60,747 nt of DNA. It comes from an uncultured Bacilli bacterium. Lineage in GTDB: Bacteria > Bacillota_I > Bacilli_A > RFN20 > CAG-826. The notes beneath the pieces were generated by a model. The model did not search any database. It saw only the letters and a list, made by a program, of their open reading frames with translations, and was not told where the DNA came from. Below are positions 1 to 8,178 of the stretch, piece by piece. The stretch is taken from assembly GCA_944350325.1 (NCBI GenBank), contig CALVOS010000038.1, positions 1 through 60,747 of the forward strand, read 5' to 3'. Position 1 is the stretch's first letter. Each line of letters begins with the position of its first letter. Made by a program: the position numbers and the translations under genes.

Positions 1-36
1 GTTGAGGACTGACCCGAATTAGCACTGCCCCCAAAC
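1..36 (-). CRISPR. Single visible CRISPR repeat (36 nt; minus strand GTTTGGGGGCAGTGCTAATTCGGGTCAGTCCTCAAC); the array would continue past the left window edge
   Basis: It sits downstream of csn2, as in type II-A loci. The GTTT...CAAC ends are typical of type II repeats. nt 9-28 match nt 6486-6505 on the same strand with one mismatch, so a minus-strand crRNA repeat would pair with the plus-strand tracrRNA. Only one copy is visible, so periodicity cannot be shown. Confidence 0.6.
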
Positions 37-153
37 CTAAATTTTGGGTTTTAAGCACCATTTTTCGGCCTCGCGAGGGCCTAGGGCCACTAGAACTATA
101 CAGGAAACGGGATGGATCGGCTTACGAAGTAAGGCGGAACATCCCGTTTACGG
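37..153 (-). promoter_or_regulatory. CRISPR leader with a probable cas-operon terminator hairpin and a candidate pre-crRNA promoter
   Basis: This non-coding gap lies between the csn2 stop (154) and the repeat. A 10-bp stem AAACGGGATG/CATCCCGTTT spans 105-114/140-149 and contains an inner CTTAC-GAA-GTAAG hairpin. On the minus strand a TATAGT -10-like hexamer (95-100) is preceded by TG. Confidence 0.45.
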
Positions 154-816
154 TCAATAAATCTCGCAGAGGTCCTTATCGATCAGGAAACGCTTCACGC
201 CCGGGTGCTTGCCATCGCTATGGTCGATATCCACCAAGGCAATTCCGGTGTAGCCGAGCTCTTGGGAAAGGACAGCAATCTCCTCTTCTTCAAGATAAGC
301 GAACAGGTCGTAGGTGATGAGAAGTTTCAGATCCATCGCCTCCCTCCAGGCTCGGAAGTAAGAGACAAAGCTCGTCAGGAACGAGGACTCGTCGTAGTCG
401 AACTTAAAGTCGAAATGGCCAAGTAGCTGGGTCAGGCTTATCTGATCGTTGAAGGAGACCTGTCCTTCGAAGTCGGAGGCGAAATCTTCGAGGAGTTCCG
501 CGATCGCCTGGTTTATGCGGTCGAACTTCTCCCTTCGTTCTGGGGTGAGGGCGGTCCTGTCGATCTTCTTGTAGATCGCGGTGAGGATCTTCTTGGAGTT
601 AGGGTCGAGGTTGAGAAGGTCGCGGGTAACGACCACGTGCTTCTTTGCCTGGCGTTCTCCTCCATCTTGGAAAAGAAAAACGCTGCTTTCGTCCAACGTA
701 TCCAAGGCGGTGGATAAGTCCCTAAAAAGTTTCTTGTTCTCCACCACGAGGGAGACGATGTCCCCAGGCTCGAGGTCGATGGGGAAGGAGAACATGCCTG
801 TCCTTAGTCGAATCAT
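154..816 (-). CDS. csn2: Csn2, type II-A CRISPR adaptation protein (220 aa)
   Basis: It is the last gene of the cas9-cas1-cas2 operon, with an ATGA overlap onto the cas2 stop. Its size and position are typical of short Csn2. The call rests mainly on context plus general resemblance. Confidence 0.8.
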   Translation of the reverse strand: MIRLRTGMFSFPIDLEPGDIVSLVVENKKLFRDLSTALDTLDESSVFLFQDGGERQAKKHVVVTRDLLNLDPNSKKILTAIYKKIDRTALTPERREKFDRINQAIAELLEDFASDFEGQVSFNDQISLTQLLGHFDFKFDYDESSFLTSFVSYFRAWREAMDLKLLITYDLFAYLEEEEIAVLSQELGYTGIALVDIDHSDGKHPGVKRFLIDKDLCEIY

Positions 817-1136
817 ATGGTCACCACCCTTTCGTCCGTCGTCAGGACGTCGCTTTCTGGCGCCCCGAGGAGATAGTCGATACCTGCGAACTGCTTCTCC
901 GTCACCTTGAGGATGGCCACCATCCCATCCTTAGGAAGAATCTCCCGGACCTGCTTGACGGAACTCTGCGCGGCCCTGTCGTCCATGTTGAGCTTGATAT
1001 AGACCGAGTACTGCAGGCGATAGAAGCCTTGCTTTTTAAGTCCCTTAACGAAGCGCGCATAGGCCTTCCTCTCGGAATCAGAGGTGACAGGGAGGTCGAA
1101 GAACAGGATGAGCCGCATGCACCTAAGGGAGTTCAT
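813..1136 (-). CDS. cas2: Cas2 endoribonuclease (107 aa)
   Basis: The N-terminus MNSLRCMRLILFFDLPVTSDSERKAYARFVKGL parallels the Cas2 beta1 and catalytic Asp region of type II-A Cas2. It overlaps the cas1 3' end by 14 nt. Confidence 0.92.
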   Translation of the reverse strand: MNSLRCMRLILFFDLPVTSDSERKAYARFVKGLKKQGFYRLQYSVYIKLNMDDRAAQSSVKQVREILPKDGMVAILKVTEKQFAGIDYLLGAPESDVLTTDERVVTI

Positions 1137-1995
1137 AGCGGATGAACTTCGCGCCCTCCGGGTTGTTTTCCTTCAAGGCCAGCAGGCATCCCTGGACGTA
1201 GGTATGGATCGCGTTCTCGAAGAACATCTCCGATCCATCGAAGTACACCTTGTCCGCGAGCATATGGATGAGGGAGTCCTTGAAGTTCTCCTTCGTGGCC
1301 TTGCCCGCGAGGACGTAGGAGTCTACGTATGGCCTAAGTGGCTCGATGAAGTCGCAGGAAAGGTTGAAGGGGTTGGACACTCCGATGTGATGGATGCCGA
1401 GCTCAGTAAGGTAGCCAAAGGATTTGATTTCCCTGGAGATGGAGGAAAGGAGGACGCTATAGCCGTAGTTCAGGAAGATGTTCGTCTCGGCCTCCTTGGC
1501 GGACCGCTGGAAGTTTGATCCAAAGCAAGATGAGAAATACACCCTTGCTGCATGCCCTTCCTGGTTCTCCTTGTCGCCCGGAAGGGTGATTTCTGCTAGA
1601 TGCCGGAGAGACGGCGCCCCTTCCTTCCCATACTTCTCCAGGTTATCCGCTTGGCGGTTGATCTTCTCTTGGATGATTCGCTGCCAGAGAAGGCCCTTCG
1701 TACCAGGAAGCCACCCCATCTGCTGCTTGAGCTTGGAGTAGGAGTCATAGGACCCTTGGTACGGCAGAAGCTGTCCCTGGGGGTTCGACTTAGGGTCGCA
1801 GAAGATGATGGAAACCTTCGCCTCCATGAGGCGGGAGAGAAGGGCGGCGGTCATCGAGACCCCGACGTTCTGGATGATGAGTGTCGAAATCTCGTCGACG
1901 TTGACGCGGGTCTCGTTCTCGCCCCGGCACACCATGTAGTTCATCGAGTATTCCAATTTGCATCGGTTACGGATGACTACAGTGCGCCAGGACAT
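1123..1995 (-). CDS. cas1: Cas1 integrase (290 aa)
   Basis: The N-terminus MSWRTVVIRNRCKLEY is like type II Cas1. Size and position between cas9 and cas2 fit. Confidence 0.93.
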   Translation of the reverse strand: MSWRTVVIRNRCKLEYSMNYMVCRGENETRVNVDEISTLIIQNVGVSMTAALLSRLMEAKVSIIFCDPKSNPQGQLLPYQGSYDSYSKLKQQMGWLPGTKGLLWQRIIQEKINRQADNLEKYGKEGAPSLRHLAEITLPGDKENQEGHAARVYFSSCFGSNFQRSAKEAETNIFLNYGYSVLLSSISREIKSFGYLTELGIHHIGVSNPFNLSCDFIEPLRPYVDSYVLAGKATKENFKDSLIHMLADKVYFDGSEMFFENAIHTYVQGCLLALKENNPEGAKFIRYELP

Positions 1996-2001
1996 AGTTC
2001 A

Positions 2002-5000
2002 CTACTCGGCGGGAGCCTCCCAGACGACCTTTTCGAAGAAGCCTGTGACGGATTGGTTAATGACCCTAAACCCCGCAGGTGGCAAATTGGAAATAATTTT
2101 TACCCCGCTCATCTTCATGCCTAAAGCGTCAAGCTGAACTCGGTCTTGATGTCTCGGGGCGATGACATCCAGGATGCCCCTCATTGCAATACATGCGTCC
2201 ACGATGTCCAGTTGTTGGAAGCGCTCTTTCTTTTCATCAAGAGATGCCCCAAATTTCACATAGGCGGAAACAAACCCGTAAATTCCGGAGTTGAGCTTCT
2301 CGACGATTGAAAGATAAAGGGCAACCAAGTCTTCCTTCTTCAATACGCACGCCTTGCTGGAAGTATTTTTTGGGACAGCGATTTTTATAACCTCAGAATC
2401 CCAGTAAGCAAACCTTGCAGGATTGTCCAATCCTTTTCGGAGAGATTTTGAATCGGAAGCTTCACTGCCCTTTTCGCCGGCCTCCTTGAGAATTCTCCCT
2501 AGGGATCGGATAGTCCTGTACTGTTCCTTCGAATAGTGAGGTTGAACGATGGCTTGGGCAAGGTAGGAGCTCCCACCAGAATTGCAGCCCGTAATTTGGA
2601 TTCTGGCTTTTCCTTTTTCGAGAATATTCCGGAACCGGATGATTGGACAAACGACACGAACAAACGAAGGACCCAAATATCCTCTGCAGACTTCTTCGAC
2701 CTCCTTCAGCGTACCATGAGGAACATCAATTGTTTTTACAGGGACGATACAGGGCCTGCTCTCCTTTCCTTGCCTCTCTAAAGCTACGGTGAAGAAACCA
2801 ATCTTCAATTTGTTGTACCCGCCATACTTATCTGGATCCATGCCTTCCTTGATCGGGAACAGGTTCTCCCCCGTCTTCCTGGCGGCCTCATGAAGCCCGA
2901 TTTCCTTGAACAAGGAGCGGTCGACGTAGGTTCGGATGCTACAAAGGACCGTTCCCTGCCTCCCATAGATGTTCTTCTCCACATCGGCAAGGGTCTTCCC
3001 ATAGTCCCAAACCACGTTTTGGTCCCAGTCAGTAATCGGCTCCTTATGTCTCCCTACCTTCGGCGGATAGTCCATGAAGATCTTTTGGAAGACGGTTGTC
3101 TTCTGCTTCTGAGAATCCGTGTCTTGGGTGGCGGAAGGGGCCTGCATTTCCTTGAGTGCCTCCTGCGCCTTCTTTCGGCGAATCATTGTCGCTTCAGGGT
3201 AGTAGGCCCACATGGTACGCCCGACGATAATGTTGAGATACGCGTCGTGCGCGTGGTGGAGGTCGTTCGCGTCACGGCACTTCAGGATGTCGAACTCCTG
3301 TCGGAAGGTGCTGACGAGATCGGCCTTCGAGTAACGGACGACAGGCACGCTTCCATCGGCACGGCGAAGGAACGTCTTGATGAGGTCAATGGTCGCGATG
3401 ACCGCCTGGTTCGTCGTGGTGAGCTGGCGGTTCGTGAACTCCATGAGTTCGTCCTCAGTCAGCTCCTTCCTGCGTGTAAGGTTCTTGTGTTTCTTATCCC
3501 CGATGAGGCGCAGCAGATGGAGATAATCGTGGAACGCACGCGCCCCAGGGGCAAGGACCTCCTGAGGGATCGGGAACCTCGCCGCCTTCTTCTGGTTGTA
3601 TTCGTGAAGAACGAGGACGCGGTTCTCGATACTGTCGTCCTTGACGAGGGACTGCGGGATGATGTGGTCGATCTCGCAGTAACTATCCTCCGTCATGAGG
3701 CGGTGAACATCGATTGGCTTCAGAGAATAGGCGCAACGACCAAGCTGCATGAAGTAGAGATACAGCTTGTCGCTCCGGTAGCGGGCCTGGTCCTTTTCGT
3801 CCCGGAGATCCTTGAGGCGCTCCTTGAGGTCTTCCTTGTAGACGGAATCCTCTCCCGCGGAGAGTTTCTCCGCTTCCTTGAGGAAATTCTCGACAACCTC
3901 AAAGCGGGACTTCGCCTTCTGCCCCTTCTTCCCGGAGTCCGTGACCCTGGTGCACTCGACGTAGAATTCGTCGATCGGGGCATGGAGGATCTTGTCCTGG
4001 ACTTCCTGGATGATTCTCCAGGCCTGGATGAGGGGACGCTTCATCAAAGGAGATACGTATAGCTCCTCGATGTAGTCCATCACCCATTGCTCCGGATCGC
4101 TGGATGCGCTCCCCAGCTTCTCCGCGCGGATCCTGTCGAGTTGTTCCTCGAAGCCGTACTTCTCGTTATGGAGGACCGCCATCATCGTCTGCCCGGACCT
4201 CTCCATGATCTCGAGGAGGGTGTGGCCCTCGGTGACCTCGCCCGTATCCTTGTCAGCGACCAAGGAACGCAGGTTGAGGAATTGCTCGGAAAGGCGCCCG
4301 AACTTCGCATACGAGAGGGAAGCGATCTTGTTCAGCCTCTCCTCGCTGATGTCAGGGAAGATTTTCCCGATGCGGCTCTTGCGAGTCTTCTTGTCCTCGA
4401 AAAGCGTGATGGCAAGGATCGCCTTCTCAACATCTTCCTGCCTGCCTTGCGCGATAAGGTCGGCGAAGTCGACCCACGGCCTCATCGAAGGAATGAGCTT
4501 GTCCTCGAGTTCCTTGCCGCTCGAATAGGCGATGTCCGCCTTCGGGTCCAGCTCGCTTTTGATGAATTCACCAAGGCCTTTCTTAGTCGGACGCACCTGC
4601 TTCTTGAAGTAGCCTTCGATGATTTCCTTTCTCCCGATTTCCCCGGTCGTCCCGGGATCGGCGGTCCAAGGAATCGGCTTTCCATTGATCTGAATCCCAG
4701 CCAGCCAGTTGAGGGTGTCGTAATAGGTGTAGAGCAAGGACCAGCGAGGGAGGCAGTCCGCGCCCTCCACGTAGGTGCAGCGGTTCGTCATCCTCTTGAT
4801 GAACCGCTCGGCGCTTTCCTCATAATCCACCTGGTCTTCCATCGACCACGGGTAGATCGGCTTCCATTTCTGGGAATCGTCCATCGCGGCCCAGACGTTC
4901 TCGCCATGGTGCGGGTGGAACGGGTTGAGAGGCCCGACGAAATAAGGAATCCTCCAGGTAAGGATGGACTCCAGCTTATTGATTTTCTCTCCGTTCTTGC

Positions 5001-6447
5001 GGACGTAGACGCCATCGCCCTCGGCAAGGAAAGGGAAGAGGCCTTTCTGGCGTTCGATCACCTTCTTCAGCTCAGCAAGATGGAGCTGATAGGGGAAGAC
5101 CCCGTTCAAAGAAGAGTTCTGCTTGGGAAGGAACCCTTCCTCCTCCAACTTCGAGTAGAAATGCTCAGTGACCTCGGGATCACCCTCGTACGTGACGCCC
5201 TTCCCGTTTTCGTCCTTATAAGTGAAGACTTTATTCTTGAGGAAAAGGATGAACTTTTCATACGTGCAGTGATTCCCCGACTTCCCGCGGGAAGCGCCGA
5301 TATAACGGGCATAGTTGTCCTCCTTCCCCAGATCGTTGAACACCGCGTCGTACTTCTCCGGGCAATGTTCCTTTACCCACCCCTTGAGCCACTTGAGGTC
5401 CTTCTTGTGCTGCTCGTAGCGGGTGACCATGGCCTCGCTCAGCGTCTTCGCGCTCTCCAGAAGCCGCTGCATGGAAATGTAGTCGGCGATACGCTTTGCG
5501 GCGACAACGGTCCGATACCCAGGGGAATCGTCTCCCGCGACCGCGGCGAGCGCAGGCAGCTGCGCCTCCTCGAAGTTATCCTTGTCCAGCTCGATCGCCG
5601 CCGTGGGGTCCTCAAGTTCCAACTCATCCTCGTAGGAGAAGATGTCTTTGAAATTCGTCTTCTTGGATGCCAATAACGAGCAAACCGTCTTCTTCAGATA
5701 GTTGCTGGATCCCACATCGAAAAGCTCAACAAGGGCTTTGGCCAAATTGTTCTTGCCCCTCGTGTTTTCGATAACGCCCTTGAATCTACGGAAGGCCTCG
5801 TCACCCTCCTTCATGCGAAAAACGTTCTTCTCGTCTTTCACCCCATCGTTGAAAGCGTCGTCAACCGCGTCCGCCAGCATCGAGAACGATTCCAGGACCT
5901 CGGCCGCCCCTCTCGGATCCAATCCCTCATGAAGGAAGTTCCCGCGAAACTTGATCATGTGATGAATGCCAAGGTACACGAGACGGATGTCGGGTTCCTC
6001 TTCCTCCATCAGGTGTTTCCTCAGATGGTGGATGGTCGGATATAGCTTGTGGAACTTCGCGTCCGTCATGTCCGGAAGGCCAGGGACCTTAACTCCGGCG
6101 AACAAAGCATCATGCCTCGCCCTTTCCTTCTCTCCGGCAAGAGCCTCGGCCTTGTCCTCTTCCCAAAGGAAGGAGTTGTTGAGCCTTGTGAAGAAGAGAG
6201 GATCGACCTTGTTCATTTCCTTGGCGAAAAGCATCTGGAGGAGGTCGATCCTCCTCCTTCGCCGGGCAAGACGCCTTCTCGCGACGCGATGGGCCCTTCT
6301 ATCAGACTTCGGCGAGGCCTGGTCGAACAGGCGCACGCCCCAGAGGTACTTGCCGCTCTTCTTGACGATCGCCCCGGTCTCGTCCGTCACGCACCAGCCG
6401 ACGGAGTCCGTTCCGATGTCGAGACCCATCAAATATTTCTTCGCCAT
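2002..6447 (-). CDS. cas9: Cas9 (1481 aa), type II-A
   Basis: RuvC-I is present as MGLDIGTDSVGW with Asp at residue 10. An Arg-rich bridge helix follows (RRAHRVARRRLARRRRRI). The HNH motif is YCEIDHIIPQSLVKDDSIENRVLV and RuvC-III is HHAHDAYLN. An SD (GGAGG) lies upstream of the ATG. Confidence 0.97.
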   Translation of the reverse strand: MAKKYLMGLDIGTDSVGWCVTDETGAIVKKSGKYLWGVRLFDQASPKSDRRAHRVARRRLARRRRRIDLLQMLFAKEMNKVDPLFFTRLNNSFLWEEDKAEALAGEKERARHDALFAGVKVPGLPDMTDAKFHKLYPTIHHLRKHLMEEEEPDIRLVYLGIHHMIKFRGNFLHEGLDPRGAAEVLESFSMLADAVDDAFNDGVKDEKNVFRMKEGDEAFRRFKGVIENTRGKNNLAKALVELFDVGSSNYLKKTVCSLLASKKTNFKDIFSYEDELELEDPTAAIELDKDNFEEAQLPALAAVAGDDSPGYRTVVAAKRIADYISMQRLLESAKTLSEAMVTRYEQHKKDLKWLKGWVKEHCPEKYDAVFNDLGKEDNYARYIGASRGKSGNHCTYEKFILFLKNKVFTYKDENGKGVTYEGDPEVTEHFYSKLEEEGFLPKQNSSLNGVFPYQLHLAELKKVIERQKGLFPFLAEGDGVYVRKNGEKINKLESILTWRIPYFVGPLNPFHPHHGENVWAAMDDSQKWKPIYPWSMEDQVDYEESAERFIKRMTNRCTYVEGADCLPRWSLLYTYYDTLNWLAGIQINGKPIPWTADPGTTGEIGRKEIIEGYFKKQVRPTKKGLGEFIKSELDPKADIAYSSGKELEDKLIPSMRPWVDFADLIAQGRQEDVEKAILAITLFEDKKTRKSRIGKIFPDISEERLNKIASLSYAKFGRLSEQFLNLRSLVADKDTGEVTEGHTLLEIMERSGQTMMAVLHNEKYGFEEQLDRIRAEKLGSASSDPEQWVMDYIEELYVSPLMKRPLIQAWRIIQEVQDKILHAPIDEFYVECTRVTDSGKKGQKAKSRFEVVENFLKEAEKLSAGEDSVYKEDLKERLKDLRDEKDQARYRSDKLYLYFMQLGRCAYSLKPIDVHRLMTEDSYCEIDHIIPQSLVKDDSIENRVLVLHEYNQKKAARFPIPQEVLAPGARAFHDYLHLLRLIGDKKHKNLTRRKELTEDELMEFTNRQLTTTNQAVIATIDLIKTFLRRADGSVPVVRYSKADLVSTFRQEFDILKCRDANDLHHAHDAYLNIIVGRTMWAYYPEATMIRRKKAQEALKEMQAPSATQDTDSQKQKTTVFQKIFMDYPPKVGRHKEPITDWDQNVVWDYGKTLADVEKNIYGRQGTVLCSIRTYVDRSLFKEIGLHEAARKTGENLFPIKEGMDPDKYGGYNKLKIGFFTVALERQGKESRPCIVPVKTIDVPHGTLKEVEEVCRGYLGPSFVRVVCPIIRFRNILEKGKARIQITGCNSGGSSYLAQAIVQPHYSKEQYRTIRSLGRILKEAGEKGSEASDSKSLRKGLDNPARFAYWDSEVIKIAVPKNTSSKACVLKKEDLVALYLSIVEKLNSGIYGFVSAYVKFGASLDEKKERFQQLDIVDACIAMRGILDVIAPRHQDRVQLDALGMKMSGVKIISNLPPAGFRVINQSVTGFFEKVVWEAPAE

Positions 6448-6484
6448 GGCTCTTGCTCCTCCGAATTTATGCTATATTTCACGC

Positions 6485-6596
6485 GCTGACCCGAATCAGC
6501 ACTGCGAGTCCAAATAAGGTAGTTCCTCCGGAACGACCGACTCCTCAGTCCGAATGCGGACAAACGGAAGCGCCCCTGATCAGGGCGCTTTTGTTG
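6485..6596 (+). ncRNA. tracrRNA, divergent from cas9
   Basis: The anti-repeat 6486-6515 is complementary to the minus-strand repeat at 1-36, with an internal bulge. It is followed by AAAUAAGGUAGUUCC, close to the SpCas9 tracrRNA AAAUAAGGCUAGUCC nexus. Hairpins are GUUCC-UCC-GGAAC (6522-6534) and GUCCG-AAUG-CGGAC (6548-6561), then a terminator hairpin. A TATATT -10 lies at 6473-6478. The exact 5' end is not determinable from sequence. Confidence 0.8.
6570..6596 (+). terminator. Rho-independent terminator of the tracrRNA
   Basis: GCGCCC (6570-6575) pairs with GGGCGC (6583-6588) across a 7-nt loop, followed by TTTTGTTGTT. Confidence 0.75.
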
Positions 6597-6677
6597 TTCC
6601 GGGTCCTTTGCTCCATGAATGGATTATATCCGAGAAGCAAAATGACGAAGTCCTAAGATCTTAATGCGCTCCACCCC

Positions 6678-8048
6678 TTACCCGAAGAGATCCATGTCCG
6701 GCTTCAGATACGGCAGGCAGTAATGGGGCATATAGATGGTCTCCCCGTCCTGGGAAACCGAGAGAGGCGCGCTCGTCAGCTTGATCGCGCGGATCGAGTC
6801 GTCCCCATACGCCTCCTTATTGGCAAGAACCGTGGAAAGCGACTTGCTCCTTCCTCCCCGAGCTTTGACCTCAAGAAGGACGGCGTGATTCCCCAAGGCG
6901 ATCACGAAGTCGATCTCCAGGCCGCTGTTCCTCTTGTAGTACCGGAGCGGGAATCCGTTTGCGACGAGCGCGGTCGCGACGGCGTTCTCATATAGGGGCC
7001 CCTTGTATATCCCGCCCTTATCGACCAGGACGTCCTGGTGAAGGCCGTGCTCGAACTGAGAAAGCAGAAGTCCTGTGTCGGCAAGATAAACTTTGAACGT
7101 CTCCTCGTCCTCATAGTCGAACAAAGGCAAGGCAATCCTTTTGAGCAGGTGGCAGCGATAGACCAGGCGATATCCCTCGAGCCAGACCATCGCATCCTCA
7201 TAAGACCTTCTTCTCGCCCCGTCCTCAATCCTGGAATAGGCAAAGGCCCCCTTTTCCTCGGCAATCTGGTGCGTGACCGAGTCCATGATCCTCAAAGTTT
7301 TCGCCAAGAGGGTCCTGTCGGTTCCGGGGGTCCCGTCCCGTCCGATGTGTCGGCCGAAATCGTCCTTATAGGCCCGCATCAGGGACAGGCATGCCTCCCG
7401 GGAGGGCGAGAGGCCCCCGTCGAGATACCCCAGGACGGAATCCGGCATTCCGCCAACGGCGATATAGGCGCGGTAGAGTTCCTCGGCCTTCTGGTGAAAG
7501 GCCTCAGGCAAGGCCTTCCGCGAGAACAAGGACTTCCGGATTTCATCGCTCAGCCTCTCGTACCCCAGGGCCCAGAGGAACTCCTCGAAATCGAGCGGGA
7601 GCATATCGATGTAGCGCTCGCTGCCGACAGGAACGGAAATCCCTGGCTCCTGGTTATAGCCGGCAAGGCCCAGATAGGAACCGGTTGCAATGACGGGGAA
7701 CTTACCCTCCTCCTTGAAATAGCGAAAGGAGGCCCTCGCCCGGGAGCAATCCTGAACTTCGTCGAAGATGAGGATGCTCTTGCCGGGAAGAATCCTTAGC
7801 TCAGGAAAGATGCCGGCGAGGCGGGAAACGATGACGTCCGGCTCAAGGGTGCCGTCGAACAAGGAATGCAGGGAAAGATTCCTACGGAAATCAAGAAAGG
7901 CGATCCGATCGGAAGGATAGTTAGATTGAACGAACATCTTGGCAAGGGTCGTCTTCCCCGTCTGGCGAAGCCCTCGGAGAAGAATCGGGATCCTCCTCCC
8001 GCTTTCCTTCCAAGCCTGCAGCCTGCCCTCAGCCTTTCTCCGGAACAT
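6678..8048 (-). CDS. AAA+ ATPase of the AAA_14/DUF4143 type (COG1373-like), 456 aa
   Basis: Walker A is GLRQTGKTTL and Walker B-like is ILIFDEVQ. The FKVYLADTGLL motif is typical of the DUF4143 C-terminal region. Family assignment is from memory of motifs. Confidence 0.8.
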   Translation of the reverse strand: MFRRKAEGRLQAWKESGRRIPILLRGLRQTGKTTLAKMFVQSNYPSDRIAFLDFRRNLSLHSLFDGTLEPDVIVSRLAGIFPELRILPGKSILIFDEVQDCSRARASFRYFKEEGKFPVIATGSYLGLAGYNQEPGISVPVGSERYIDMLPLDFEEFLWALGYERLSDEIRKSLFSRKALPEAFHQKAEELYRAYIAVGGMPDSVLGYLDGGLSPSREACLSLMRAYKDDFGRHIGRDGTPGTDRTLLAKTLRIMDSVTHQIAEEKGAFAYSRIEDGARRRSYEDAMVWLEGYRLVYRCHLLKRIALPLFDYEDEETFKVYLADTGLLLSQFEHGLHQDVLVDKGGIYKGPLYENAVATALVANGFPLRYYKRNSGLEIDFVIALGNHAVLLEVKARGGRSKSLSTVLANKEAYGDDSIRAIKLTSAPLSVSQDGETIYMPHYCLPYLKPDMDLFG

Positions 8049-8054
8049 AAGGAA

Positions 8055-8082
8055 ATTATAGGGTTATGAAGACGTATGGCAA
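8055..8082 (-). promoter_or_regulatory. Sigma70-type promoter that would give a leaderless or near-leaderless mRNA for the AAA ATPase gene
   Basis: On the minus strand, TTGCCA (8082-8077) is followed by a 16-nt spacer and TATAAT (8060-8055). Only 6 nt (TTCCTT) separate the -10 from the ATG at 8048. No Shine-Dalgarno is present. Confidence 0.5.
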
Positions 8083-8085
8083 TCT

Positions 8086-8178
8086 ATTCAGTCTATTTTC
8101 TGTCACTTTGACAAATTATTCGGTTTATTTTTTGTCATCTTGCCAACTGATTCAGTGAACTTTCTGTCATCCTTCACG
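8086..8178. repeat. Three imperfect direct repeats of 29 nt with an exact 32-nt period
   Basis: The units are ATTCAGTCTATTTTCTGTCACTTTGACAA (8086-8114), ATTCGGTTTATTTTTTGTCATCTTGCCAA (8118-8146) and ATTCAGTGAACTTTCTGTCATCCTTCACG (8150-8178). They form an A/T-rich island in a GC-rich genome, directly upstream of the -35 at 8077-8082. The third unit overlaps the stop of the 8167-8766 gene. Confidence 0.8.

Noticed and set aside
69-80. Palindrome GCCTCGCGAGGC as a terminator
   Set aside because: No U-tract follows it on either strand in the correct orientation: the T-run precedes it on the plus strand and an A-run follows it on the minus strand.
1-153. Calling a full CRISPR array
   Set aside because: Only one repeat copy lies within the window. 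No spacer or second repeat is visible, so only a single terminal repeat is reported.
4087-5676. 529-aa plus-strand ORF (and 2890-4062, 390 aa) inside cas9
   Set aside because: It is antisense to a Cas9 with all catalytic motifs intact. It has no motifs of its own and shows an artefactual composition.
8086-8178. The three phased repeats as a mini CRISPR array
   Set aside because: The units are separated by only 3 nt, so there are no spacers. They are imperfect, A/T-rich and unrelated to the 36-nt type II repeat. They fit an operator or iteron array better.
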